Source of the DNA: Heptranchias perlo
Taxonomy: Eukaryota
Direction of reading: 5' to 3'
DNA: 64,000 bases
NCBI RefSeq assembly: GCF_035084215.1
Contig: NC_090363.1
Coordinates: forward strand, 12,400,001 to 12,464,000
Shown: positions 51,486 to 64,000 of the stretch, one piece after another
Layout of the letters: the number at the start of each line of letters is the position of its first letter
How positions within the stretch are numbered: position 1 is the first letter of the stretch
Made by a program: the position numbers and the translations under genes
The notes under the pieces: model-generated
Told to the model about the DNA's origin: nothing
What the model saw: only the letters and a program-made list of their open reading frames with translations
Database searches by the model: none

Positions 51486-53417
51486 TTAAAAGTTAATTAC
51501 TCGCATTGTCCTGGTATCTAGGTTCGTTGTTGCTACTTGAAGTATTTGGCTGAGGCCAGGTATTGCACCCATTGGTTCTCATCCTCCCACAACACCAGTT
51601 GGCCACTTTCCTACCTCACAAGATGATGGTAGTTCCGCTGCTGTTCTAAAAGTCGCCATACAAATATCAGAAAACTAATCACACCGAATTCTCCAAACAT
51701 ATTGCTGATAGGATGTTATAATATAAACTTCACAACGTTTCACAATTGTTCATTTTTTGAGATGAAAGAACAGTGAGCGAATGTCCCCATCGGTCTGTAC
51801 GTGTGAGGGCATCAGAGACTCATGGCGGATACTTCTTCTGTATCCAGTCTTGAAGGATGTCAGTTTGGTCCCTGTGTGTAAGGGGTTGGAAGTTATGCTA
51901 CAGCTATACAAAGCTCTGGTTGAAGCGCACCTGGAGTACTTTGTACAGCTCTGAGCACCGCACGTTAGGAAAGATATATTGACCTTGGAGGGAGTGCAGC
52001 ATCGGTTTACCAGAATGATACCTGGACGCCAAGGGTTAAATTAGGAGAGATTACACAAATTAGGGTTGTATTCACTGGAATTTAGAAAATTATGTTGTGA
52101 GTTGATCGAAGTTTTCAAGATATTAAGGGGAACTGATCAGGTAAATAGAGAGAAACTATTTCCGCAGGTCGGGGAGTCTAGGACTTGGGGATGCAGCCTA
52201 AAAATAGAGCCAGAACCTTCAGGAGTGAAGTTAGGAAACACTTCCACACCCAAAGGGTCGTAGAATTTGGAACTTTCTTCGGCAATCAGCGGTTGATGCC
52301 AGCTCTATTGTTAATTTTCAATCTGAGATTGATCTATTTTTGTTAATCAAAGGTAGTAAAGGATTTGGTGCTAAGGCGGTTATATGAAATGAGTTCACAG
52401 ATCAGCCATGAATTCATTGAATGGCAGAATATGCTCGAGGGGTTAAATGGCCTACTCCTGTTTCTATGATCATATGTTCCTATGATATCAGAAACACAAC
52501 AATATGAGATGTATTTCTTCAAAAAGTAAGGGACAGAAATGTCGTTTCTTTATGATAAGCTGCACACCGCTCTCCTGACTGGAGATTGATAGGCACAGGA
52601 AGTCACATCACTGGGTGTGGGGAATTATATAACAATTGGACCATATTGGAAAATAGCGGGCTCTTTTTATTTCATTTATTCTTAGAATGTGGTTATTCCT
52701 GGCTCGGCCTTCCTTTCTTGCCCATCCCTAGTTGCCCTGAGAACGTGATGACGGGTTTTCTTCCTTGAATTACCGTTAGTTTTTTGAAACAATTGTGTGG
52801 CTTGCGTGGCCACTTTAGAGGGTAGGAAAGAGACAACCAAGCACCTCTGGGCCAGAATGGATGGCTGATTTCCTTCCCTAAAGGACATCATTGAACCGAT
52901 TGGGTTTATAAAAGTATCGGACTGCTGTATGATCACTTTTACTGGCTTTTATTTCCAGAGAAACAGAAATAAAATTCTCATAAAGCGATCGTGCAATTCA
53001 CAGTCTCTGAATTACTAGCCCAGCAAAAAAACCAGTACATTACCATACCCATGACTTCAATATAATGCAGTGTGCAGCTGGCTCAATCCGCAAATCTGAG
53101 CCTTGTTTGGAAACGATCCGTACTAATTAAAAGTTCATGCTTTGATTTTTGGCGTCAGGAGCTCAACAATTCGCTCCAATGCTCAAGGATTAGGGAAGTG
53201 TAAATGTTGGGCGAGTTCCACTCTCCTGGTCAAATTTAAATGAACCCTCTGCGAAAGTATGCCTGTCTGGAAACTGGGAACAGCTTAGCTTGAATTAATC
53301 CTAGAGTGTATCACTTGTCAAGAATCACAGTGCATCCTCTCAGACACTGGAAAATCATACCCTCTGGACCATGTGGCAGGCTCAGCGGAAAACCTCCGTC
53401 AATGCTTACCTGTGAAA

Positions 53418-53888
53418 TCCCTTACATTTTGCAGAAATACATATGATAATGCATTGCTTATGGTATCCGTGCACAGGGAAGCCAAGGTATTCCTCATCAT
53501 CTCCTGATGTACTCCGGCATACAGACCAGTTGTAACTTCCCTGGTCTGCAGCTGATATTTTCACTCATGTGGAACAAAGGCAATCTTTCCGTTCTGTAGA
53601 TGATCTCGTCACTCATAGGGACCAGATGGAATCTTCCAGTTATGTACCTGATGTCTTCACTCATAGGAACCAAAGGCAATTTTCTCAATGTGTCGATTAT
53701 ATATTTACTCATAGCAATGAAAGGGAATCTTCCCGTTGTGTAAATGATATCTTCACTCATAGGGACCTCTTGGAATCCTGCCATTGTGTATCTGACATCT
53801 TGACTCGTAGGGGAAAAAAAGGAATCTTCCCCTCTTTGTCAAGCACTGATGGGAATCTTCTCCATCTACGTTTTCATCTCAAAAATTA
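53418..53888. repeat. Right arm / 48-bp minisatellite, unit 5
   Basis: Paralogue of 3529-4001. Confidence 0.85.
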
Positions 53889-56800
53889 ATAGTTTTAAGC
53901 TTTAAGTTACGCATGTGATCATCTAACGTTCACCAGATTGATGCATCTGGATGAAAGTGTCCAATATGTAACTTGTACTTCATTGTTTTTTCCCAGTCTA
54001 CGTATGTTGTAAATCTATCTTAAGAATTGATCGCAACTCGGGGAATACAAAAATGTACTTCATTGCCCGCATGCCGGATTGATTACTTTTTCGCTCTGCT
54101 GAGCACATCTGAATCAAAATTGCAATGAATTTATTTGATTTTAAAATATTTTTACTTCGACAAATCTACAGAAATATCTTTCCATGCAATTTGATTTGAT
54201 ACAACTGTCCTGCTTAACGAGTCGAAGGTCATTTAATCAGGGCATGAGCTATCTTCGAAAGTCCAGGTATGCAAATGACATCAATCATGATGCAATGATT
54301 GGACGGTGATAAACTTAGACAAGAATCATTGGCGGATTAAAAGAGGAAAGTTGATTATATCGGCCTGCTATCAACAAAATGGTGGATATAATTGCATGAT
54401 GAATGACAAAAGTAATTATTATGGGAAAGGAACGGAGTGATGCAGAGAACAGATTGTGAGGAGCTCCTCAGTCCTAAAAGACTCAGGGGATGGGCCATAA
54501 GCAACTGCGCAAGTAGAGGGACATAAGGGGAAATTTGACAGCAATAAGCCAATCGTTCATTTCAAATGTTATGATATTAGCTTGTTCAATTGTTCAAATA
54601 TCATCCCTATTAATGGCTATGAATATTTGCAAATTAAATTACCAAAATGCTCACCAGGAGGAATCTGATGGTGTATAAAGGAGCCAATGAGGTCATCAGT
54701 AGAACTGTCTCACCGCAATCCATACTGGTGATCAGAGATTAGAAGAGAACTTTCATGTCGATGGATTAATTAAGATTTAAAAATTACCTCCTTAATTTTG
54801 GAAAGCACAGGGTTAAGTGCAATAGGCCTTTAGTTAGAAAGTCAGAGCAATCGACGTTCTTTGGGATAGAACGTTGACAAACAGCACTATAAGTAAAAAG
54901 GATATGAGGAATGAATGCAACCGACAGTGTGTAAACAGAACAACACGTGGCTGAGATCAGACACATGCATCCAGAGAACCATAGGAAGAATTCGCCCAGA
55001 ATTAGAGATTTTGGAGTCAATGAAAGGCAGGATCCAACATACAGCTTTTTATAATCTTGACAACATTATATAAAGTGACCGTGAGAATGCCTTGAAGACA
55101 TTTTAGGGAGGTTTCACAAAATGATTGGTATATTGATATCTGCCAATTTGGCTTTCACATGCTTAACACACATTCAAACATGTGTATGGGGCAGGAAATC
55201 AACAGAAGAGCAAGAGTAAACAATTCAGTCCCTCGAGCGCTTTCTGCTGTTCAATGGTTGATGGCTGAGATCATGGCTGATCTGTATCCTAACTCCATCC
55301 ACCCGCCTTGGTTCCTGATCCTCAAATAACCTTGGCTAGCAAAACTGTTATCGATCTCAGATTTAAAATGATTCATTGAAGTCGCATCTGTTGCTTTTAG
55401 TGGGAGAGAGTTCCACATTGCTACCACTCTATGTGTGAAGAAATGTTTCCTAATTTCTCTCCTGAATGACATGGTTATGACTTTAAGGTTATGTCCGTTT
55501 GTCCTAGACTCACTAACCAGCGGAAAATTTTTCTCTCATCTACCCTGTCAAATCCTTTCAAAGACCCAAAAACGTCAATCAAATCACCCGTTAACCTTCG
55601 ATATTCGAGGGACGACAAACCTGCTTTGTGTATTCTCACCACATAATCTAACTCTTGGAGCCCTGGTAACATTTCTTCTCTCAGAAGGTGGTGAACCTAT
55701 GGATTTCTTTACCTCAGAAGGCTAAGTCACCGAATATATTTAAGAAAGAGCGAGATAGATTTCTAGACACAAAAGGCATCAAGGGGTATGGGGAGAAAGC
55801 GGGAATATGGTATTTAGAAAGAGGATCAGCCATGATCATGTTGAATGGTGGAGCAGTCTCTTAGGGCCGAATGGCCTAATCCTGCTCCTATTTTCTATGT
55901 TTCTATGTAACATTCTGGTGAATTTGCGCTGCACTCCTTCCAAGGCCAATATATCCTTTCGGAGGCGCAGTGCCCAGAACTGTACACAGTACTCCAGATG
56001 TAATCTAACCAGGGCTTTGGAAAGCTGCAGCAAACCTTCCTCCCCTTTATATTCTCGCCCTCTACTTATAAAGGCTCACATACCATTAGCCTTTTGATTA
56101 TTTTTTGTACTAGACTGCTACATTTTTGTGAACTGTGTAGATGGACCATTAAATCTCGTTGAGCCTGCACTGTTCCTAGATTTTCACCATTTAAAAATAC
56201 TCGGATCAATCCTTTTTTGGTCCAAAATGGATGTCTTCACACTTGCCTGAATTGAAATTTCAATAACTTCCCCACAACAAATGTTACACTAACAGATTTA
56301 TAATTTTCTGGTACCTCGCTCTGATCTTTCTTCAATAATGGAGTTATATTTGCGGTATTCCAATCTAAAGACGCAATTCCAGAATCGCGAGAGCTTTTGA
56401 AGATTATGGATAAAGCATCTGCAATTTCCTCACCTACTTCCTTTAACATCCTGGGGTGGAAACCAGGTCCTGGGGATTTGTCAGTCTATACTGCCCTTAT
56501 TATTTCTAAATCTGTTGTCTTGATTACATTAACGTCAGTGAGTTTCAGTCCTTGATTCATTAGTAGTTTCCATGGAATGTCAGGTATATTATCATTTTCC
56601 TCTACTGTGAATATTGACACAAAGTAATTATTAAGAATCTACCACTTCCTTATTTTGATATGCAATATTACCAGCGTCTGTTTTGATTACCGTATTTCTT
56701 CTAATATAATCGTAAACACCTTTTGTGTTAATCTTGGCATCCCTCGCAAGTTTCTTTTCGTATTCCGTTTTTGCAGATCTTATTATCTCTTTTGGTTTCC

Positions 56801-59800
56801 TTTGTTGTTCTTTATATCTCCCCCAGTCCCCTGGATCTAAACTATTCTTTGCACTATTTTATGTACTTTCGTTTAGTTTTATGTTATCTCTCATCTTTTT
56901 ATTCTGCCATGACTGTTTTATTTAGTACGAAGAGCTCTTGCCCCTTTGGGGTATATACTGGTCCTGTATCAAGTTAAAATCTTTATTGAACACCGCCCAC
57001 TCATCATCTGTAGTTTTACTCGATAACAGTTTGGATAAGTTTGCTTTCGTCAGTCTCTGTCTCACCGCTTTAAAGTTAGACATATCACAATCTTGAATCT
57101 TAGTAATTGTGCTACATTTCTCCCTAGGGAGTGAGTCATTCCTTTTTAGACACTGTGTACTGTACATCTACAGGACTGACACTGAGACATACATGTGCCA
57201 TACCTTACCAGACGGAATGAGTCGTTCCCTAAAACCCGCTGTGTACTGTACATGTACAGGAGCTAACACTGAGACATACATATCCCACACACTACCAGAC
57301 GGGAGTGAATCGTTCCCTTAAACCCGCTGTGTACATGTACAGGAGTTGATACTGAGACATACACGGGCCATACAGTACCAGACGCAAGTTAATTATGCCC
57401 TTGTACCCGCTGTACGCTATACGTGTAGAGCAGCTGACACTGAGACACACACACAGGCTGTACAGTACCAGAAGGGAGTGACTTATTCCCTTTTACCCGC
57501 TGTGTGCTGTCCATGTGCGGAAGCTGACACTGAGACGTACACGGGCCATACAGTCCCAGACGGGAGTGAACCATTCCCCTTTACTATGTAACGTGTTACA
57601 TTGTGTGACATAGAATTTAGAGCAGAGAGACAATCCATTCGGACTTTCTCCGACATGAAGTTATCATGCTTCCCCCGAACTTCATTTATAGTATCCGCCT
57701 GAACGTCTCCATGTGGTAGCAAGTTCCATATTCAATCAACTCTGTGGGTAAAGAAGTTTCTCCTAAATTCTTTATTGCATTTATTAGTGACTATTTTATT
57801 TTTATGGCCCCTCGTTTTGGATTCCTCCACAACTGGTAACATCTTTTCTACGTCCACCCTCTCAAACACCTTCATAATTTTGAAGATCTCTATTCCGTCA
57901 CCCATCAGCTTTCTCTTTTCTAGAGAAAAAAACTCCAGCCTGTTTGTTCTTTCTTGAAAGTTGTACCCTTTCAATTTTGATATCACCACGCAATTTTTTT
58001 CACCTTCTCCAGTGCTTCTATACCCTTTTGTAACATTGAGACCGCAGTGCTCGAAGTATGGTCTAACCAACGTTCTATAAAGGTTTAACATAACTTCTCT
58101 GCTTTTCAATTCTATTCGTTTAGAAATGAACGCCGTGTTTGTATTTTTATGGCCTTGTACGGAGGAGGATGGTGTGCTCAACCGTGTCAAAGTCTGAAAT
58201 CAGGTCGAGAAGGATGAGGAGGGACGGTTCACCACGGTCACAGTCACATAGGATGTCATTTGTGACTTCAATAAGTTCCGTTTCAATCCTGTGGCAGGAG
58301 CGGAAACCTGATTGGAGGGGTTGAAACATGGAATAGGGGGAAAGATGGGCACGGATTTCGGGAGGTGACAACTTCAAGGACCTTGGAGTGGAAATGCAGG
58401 TTGGAGATTGTAGTTTGCAAGGACTGATGGGCGAAGGGGGTTTTTTGAGCAGGGGTGTGATGACGGAAAATTTAAAGGAGAGCGAGCCAGTATAACAGCC
58501 ATTGATTTGCTTCAAATTCTGACAAAAACAGACACATAGTTCACAGCGTGAGAGAAGTTTAGGAATACGCGTGAGTCAGAAATACAAAATCTTGGAGATA
58601 CTCAACAGGCCTGTTAACATCTGGAAGAGAAACTCAGGTTAAAACTCTGCATGAGGATCCTCACGTTAAACCTGATGGCCACAGTTATTCCAGGCAGCTT
58701 TGGACAGGGAAAGGTTCACAACATCAGCTAACATCGGGCTAGGAAGAGAAATTGTGTGGTCAGCAGTTTGATGGGAATAAGGTCGAGGTAGCAGGAGGTG
58801 GTCAAGATTAGCTCGCAGAGCGCATGAGGAGAGACAGGCGAGAAAAGAGAGAAACGTAGAAGTTCAAGGCTAGGGCAGGGAGGATGCTTGGGGTAAGTTT
58901 GGTTTGGTGGGCGAAGGGAAGGGAGGGAAGCGGCAGAGCCAGCTGAACGGATGGTCTCAATCTTAGGAACAACGAAGTCCATGAGCTCGTCACACTCGTT
59001 GTTGGAGATGACTGGAGAGGGGCAGTGGTGAGACGTTTAAGAAGACCGTTTGCAGTGGAGAAAAGAAGCCGGGGTTTATGTTTTCATTCCAGGATGATCC
59101 TGGAATAGTGAACAATTTTGACAGAGGTGAACAGGAACCGATAAAGCTTTATATGATCCAGCCGGATCTGGCAATGAATTGATAAACCAGTTGTCGGCCA
59201 TAAATTTTCAAGTCAGGGTCCCTTGGACTTAAGGGAGTGGAGATGGGAGCTGTGCCAAGGGCAAGGACCAGTGTGAGAGGGAGTAATGGTTTTAATGGAG
59301 CAAGGGCAATAAAGTTGGAGGTGCGGGTGTGATTGAGCATATCGGTAGCCATTAGGTACAGAGCAGATATTTTATATTGATCAAAATAGCCATTCAGGGT
59401 ACGACTGTGACCAACGGTCACTCAATCGCCGACCATGTTGCGCTGGTGAAATTGTGTTCGTCGTACTGGCACCTGATTGAACGGTGCAGCCGGGTGGTGA
59501 CCCATTTTATATTCCATTCCCAGCTTCGATATTGTCTGTCATGAAGTCAATGCGATTTAATCTATCATTCTATCACTCTCACAGCTTTTTGATATCATTT
59601 ACACTTTGACACTTAAGTGCTAACGGACGGGTTCACATTTTGTTCCTTTCTCCTCCATTTCACTTTTAATTTTTATAACTGGAAAAACGAAGCGTTCGCA
59701 GAATTAATTAAAGCATCCTGTCACCAAGAGCAAAATAAGGTCATCAAGAAACTGCTTTGAGGTGAGAGTTTCAGAGTGAGGGGTTACTTAGCCTCAGAGT

Positions 59801-59925
59801 GCCCAGTGGAGCCTCGATTTTCGCACTGCCTCATCAAATGATGGTGGAGCGCACTTTAATCATTGATTTGGAAAATAAATATGTTCTAATGTGTTTGTTC
59901 GAAGACCCGTGGCTAATACCAGCTC

Positions 59926-59971
59926 TTATGTCAAACCATTGTCTCCCTGTGGGACTGGCGGTTGTATAAAA
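59926..59971 (+). promoter_or_regulatory. Core promoter of copy 6 (TTATGTAA mutated to TTATGTCA)
   Basis: TTATGTCA at 59926, TCCCTGTGGGA, TATAAAA at 59965-59971. Confidence 0.6.
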
Positions 59972-60047
59972 CAGCTCCTGCTTCAATTCATTGTCTTCGT
60001 GTTCAAACCACACCCTTGCTTCCACGATTGTCCGGTTTAGGCAGGAA

Positions 60048-60119
60048 ATGGGACGTGCAGCAATTTTCTACGAATCAGTCATTTTTGCTATCCTATTCTT
60101 GCAATTATTGGTCTTGCCA
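60048..60119 (+). pseudogene. GPR139-like GPCR copy 6, exon 1 with +2 frameshift
   Basis: 72 nt instead of 70 (ATTTTTGCTAT versus ATTTGCTAT); donor GTAAGC. The spliced product would stop at CAA-ACC-TGA. Confidence 0.7.
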
Positions 60120-61183
60120 GTAAGCAATAAATTAATGACGAAAGGTCATCGACCTGAAACGTTAATTCTGCTTCTTTCTCCACAGATGCTGCCTCACTGA
60201 GTATTTCCACCATTTTCTGCTTTTATTTCAGAGTTCCAGAATCCGCAGTATTCTGCTCTTGCAGTAATAACAAGCATTTATTATGTGGACCATTTTTTAA
60301 ATGCATTGTTGCTTTCACAATGTGCTGTTTGCCTCCATCTCTTTCTTCCTTGGTTGCCCATTTTATGGTAAGTTTATTGAATAGAAAGCTCTCACTTTCC
60401 CTTACTTCCTGTTAAAGGCTCTCTAAATTCATACATCAAATGTAAGTTCTCCCCTTTGTTAAACGCCTTGCAATCAGCTACCTGGAATAACAGTGGTACT
60501 CAGGTTTATCGTGAGGATCCTTATGCGGAGTTTTAACCAGAGTTTATCTTCCAAATGTCAACAGGCCGGTTGCGCATCTCCAAGATTCTTTATTTCTGTC
60601 TCACGCGTATTCCTAAACTTCTCCCTCGCTGTGAATTGACTTGGGGGCGAATTGACCCTAACTTGACTGTCGAGAATCTGACGGGATCGTGTGCAACGCT
60701 GGTTTAATACCCCACCAGATTTTATCTAATATTCAACTCAAAGGGTTCTAAAACCGGAGTTTCACGCCATACTTGGGTTAAAATTACCCCTTCTGTCGGA
60801 TAATTTGAAGGAAATCAATGGCTATTTCACTGAACTCTCTTCATCACCTGCTCTGGATGAAAAGGCTTCTCCTCAGTGATGTGCCTCCGAAAAGATCATT
60901 GACAAAATCGAGAAGCTATCACAGGAAATCACGTGTGTCAAAGGAGGGGCCAATTTCCAGCAATTCGTATGCTGCACATATTTTATTTTCGACTGGGATC
61001 ACTTAATTTAGCAGATAGTAGCGAGTGAATTTGGCACCGTCCTGATCTGGTTGTCTCAGTACAGCACCCGGTGAGACTGGGAGGAATCCGTTTCAGTAAC
61101 AAGCCTCCTTTCTCACAAATACCAAACAGCCAATTCCAAAGGAATGTGCTTTTATATCCTGTTTTTTTTTCAATTTATTTCAG

Positions 61184-62082
61184 CAAACCTGATGTCAGTT
61201 GTGATCCTATCCCGGGGAAAGTGCGGTCTCTCCAAAGGAATCACTCGTTACATGGCGGCCATGGCAGTAGCAGATCTAATGGTTTGCATGTTTAATGTAA
61301 TATTACGAAATATCTTCAGGTATCATTTTCTAAATTCATGGTTGAGCTACACTTACGTGTGCCGTTTTACTGCTTTTATACAAGTATTTAGCAGCCAGCT
61401 CTCTGTCTGGTTCACAGTTTCATTCACCTTTGACCGCTTCATATCCATTTGTTGCCAGAAACTAAAATTGAAATATTGCACCGAAAGAACTGCCAGTGTA
61501 GTTTTAACGACCATATGTGTGGTCAGCTTTTTGATGAATATTCCTGTTTATTTCCGATTTGAGCCATACTATATGGTTGATCATATACAGTGGGGCTGCC
61601 GTACAGTTACAGGGTATTTTTCTTCACCGGCATGGGCAGCTTACAAATGGATTAGCACTCTCTCATCCCCAATTCTCCCATTCCCTTTGTTATTGCTGTT
61701 AAATTATCTCACTGCCAGGCACATCTTAGTGGCCAGTAGATCTCGCAGAGCCCTGAAGAGCCGCAACAATGGGGAGAACAGCAGTGATCCCGAGATGAAT
61801 AACCGAAGAACATCCATCATTCCGCTCTTCGCTATCTCGGGGAGTTTTATTGTGTTGTGGACGCCGATTACTGTAATAAACATCTGTGTCGGTGTGACGG
61901 AGACACCTACTTTCAAAGGTTCAAACTCACTTTATTTGGCAATTAGAATCACACTTCTGCTGATGTATTTGAGCTCCTGCACGAACACGTGCATTTATGC
62001 ATTGACCCAGAGGAGATTCCGAGAGGAAATGAAGAATATGCTGAAATATCCGGTTACTCTCATTATTAAGTTACTTAAATAA
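61184..62082 (+). CDS. GPR139-like GPCR copy 6, exon 2 (open ORF; gene probably pseudogenising or N-terminally truncated)
   Basis: TTTCAG acceptor ending at 61183. ORF intact from ATG 61192, with private substitutions NSL>NYL, IILLF>IIPLF, MKN>MNN. Confidence 0.8.
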
Positions 62083-62592
62083 TTAAATTTTATTTACTCG
62101 CATTTTCCTGGTACCTAGGTTCGTTGTTGCTACTTGAAGTGTTCGGCTGAGGCCAGGTTTTGCACACAGTGGTTCTCATCCTCCCACAACACCAGTTGCC
62201 CATTTTCCGAACACAAAAGGAGATGATAGTTCAGCTGCTGTTCAAAAACTCGCCATACCGATTTGAGAAAACGAATCGCACCGATGTCTATAAACATATT
62301 ACTGATAGAATGTTTTGCGGTATCTAAAACTTCACAACGTTTCACAATGGATCATCTTTTGAGATGAAAGGACAGAGAGCGAAGGTCCCCATCGGTTCTT
62401 GACAAATTGCGGGAGATTCCCTTTGGCTCCTATGAGTGAAGATATCAGATACTCACAGTGAAGATTCCATCTGGTCTGCACATGTGAGGCATCAGTGACT
62501 CATCGGGGATATTTCTTCTGCATCCAATCCGTAAGGATATCAGTGTGATCCCCATGTGTAACGGTTTGGAATTTATGCTACAGCTATACAAA

Positions 62593-63623
62593 CATCGAAA
62601 CTTATAGAAACATAGAAAATAGGAGCAGGAGTAGGCCATTCGGCCCTTCAAGTCTGCTCTGCCATTCAATATAATCAATGCTGATCCTCCATCTCAATAC
62701 CATATTCCTGCTCTCTCCCCATACCCCTCGATGCCTTTTGTGTGTAGAAATCTATCCAGCTCCTTCTTAAATATATTCAGTGACTTGGCCACCACAGCCT
62801 TCTGTGGTTAAGAATTCCACAGATTTCCCACCCTCTGAGTGAAGAAATTTCTGCTCATCTCAGTCCTAAATGTCCTACCTCATATCCTGAGACTGTGACC
62901 CCTCGTTCTGGACAACCCAGCCAGGGGAAACAGCCTCCCTGAATCCAGTCTTTCTAGCCCTGTCAGAGTTTTATATGTTTCAATGAAATCCCCTCTCATT
63001 CTTCTCAACTCGAGTGAATACAAGTCCAGTCAATCCAATCTCTCCTCATATGACAGTCCTGCCATCCCAGGAATCATCCTGGAGAACCTTCGCTGCATTC
63101 CCTCTATGGCATGTATATCCTTTCTTAGGTAAGGAGACCCAAACTGCACACAATACTCCAGATGTGGTCTCACCAAAGCCCTGTATAACTGCAGTAAGAC
63201 ATATTTGCTCCTGCACTCAAATCCTCTTGCAATGAAGGCCAACAGACCATTTGCCTTCCTAACTGCTTGCTGCACCTGCATGATTGCTTTCAGTGACTAG
63301 TGTACAAGGACACCCAGGTCCCTTTGTACATTAACATTTCCCAATTCATCACCATTTAAATAATACTTTGCCTTACTGTTTTTTCTTCCGAAGTGGATAC
63401 TTTACATTTATCCACATAATGATGCATTTACCATGGATTTGCCCACTCACTCAACTTACCTAAATCGCCTTGAGGTCTCTTTGCATCCTCCTCAAAACTC
63501 ACGATCCCACCTAGTTTTGTGTCGTCAGCAAACTTGGAAATATTACATTTGGTTCGCTCATTGATATATATATTGTGACTAGCTGAGGCCCAAGCACCGA
63601 TCCCTGCAGTACCCCACTAGTCA
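62593..63623 (-). mobile_element. B-type CR1 insertion in unit 6, truncated by a deletion
   Basis: Same left junction (TATACAAA then the tail); joins directly to the end of the 48-bp arm at ~63624. Confidence 0.88.
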
Positions 63624-64000
63624 ACCTTTGTCAAGCACTGATGGGAATCTTCTCCAGCTGCGTTTTCATCTCAAAAATGAACAATTGTGAAAAATATTAA
63701 GGATTAAGTTATGCATGTGATCATCTAACGTTCACCAGATTGAAGCATCTGGATGAAAGTGTCCAACATGTCACTTGCACTTCAATGTTTTCCCCCAGTC
63801 TACATATATTGTAAATCTAACTTCAGAATTGATCGCAACTGGGGCAATTCAAAAATCTAATTCATTGCCCGCATGCCTGATTGATTACTTTTTCGCTCTG
63901 CTGAGCAGATCTGAATCCAAATTACAATGAATTGACCTGATTTTAAAATATTTTAGTCAGCCAAATCTACAGAAATACTTTTCCATGCATTTTGATTTGA

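Larger units (their letters stand above)
12..64000 (+). repeat. Tandem segmental duplication array of six GPCR-containing units, alternating A/B spacers
   Basis: Exon-1 ATGs at 12, 9943, 22705, 37073, 49423 and 60048; collinear spacer content. Confidence 0.95.

Overview
Eukaryotic vertebrate DNA. The repeat content (CR1 and L2 LINE fragments, a tRNA-derived SINE, Penelope-type termini) and the receptor type point to a cartilaginous fish, most likely a shark; this is an inference. The window is a tandem array of six head-to-tail paralogues of a two-exon class A orphan GPCR of the 'GPR139-like' type expanded in chondrichthyans, all on the + strand and spaced about 10-14 kb apart. Each gene has a 70-nt exon 1 (MGRAAIFYESVICYPILAIIGLP) missed by the ORF track, a phase-1 GT-AG intron and an ~0.9-kb exon 2. 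A TATA-type promoter is visible for copies 2-6. Copy 6 has a +2 frameshift in exon 1. The spacers alternate between two types (A/B), defined by presence or absence of TSD-flanked CR1 insertions. The receptors are a gene-conversion patchwork whose variation concentrates in extracellular loop 2. Non-obvious structure: (i) an inverted copy of a pre-MITE intron segment inside the upstream L2, so that promoter and exon 1 are bracketed by inverted repeats; (ii) a long foldback-like inverted repeat with 48-bp subrepeats downstream of each gene; (iii) one intact-looking minimal hammerhead ribozyme insertion and degenerate ones just inside every intron; (iv) a LINE inserted into its own partner SINE. 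All coordinates were read by eye; repeat boundaries are approximate.
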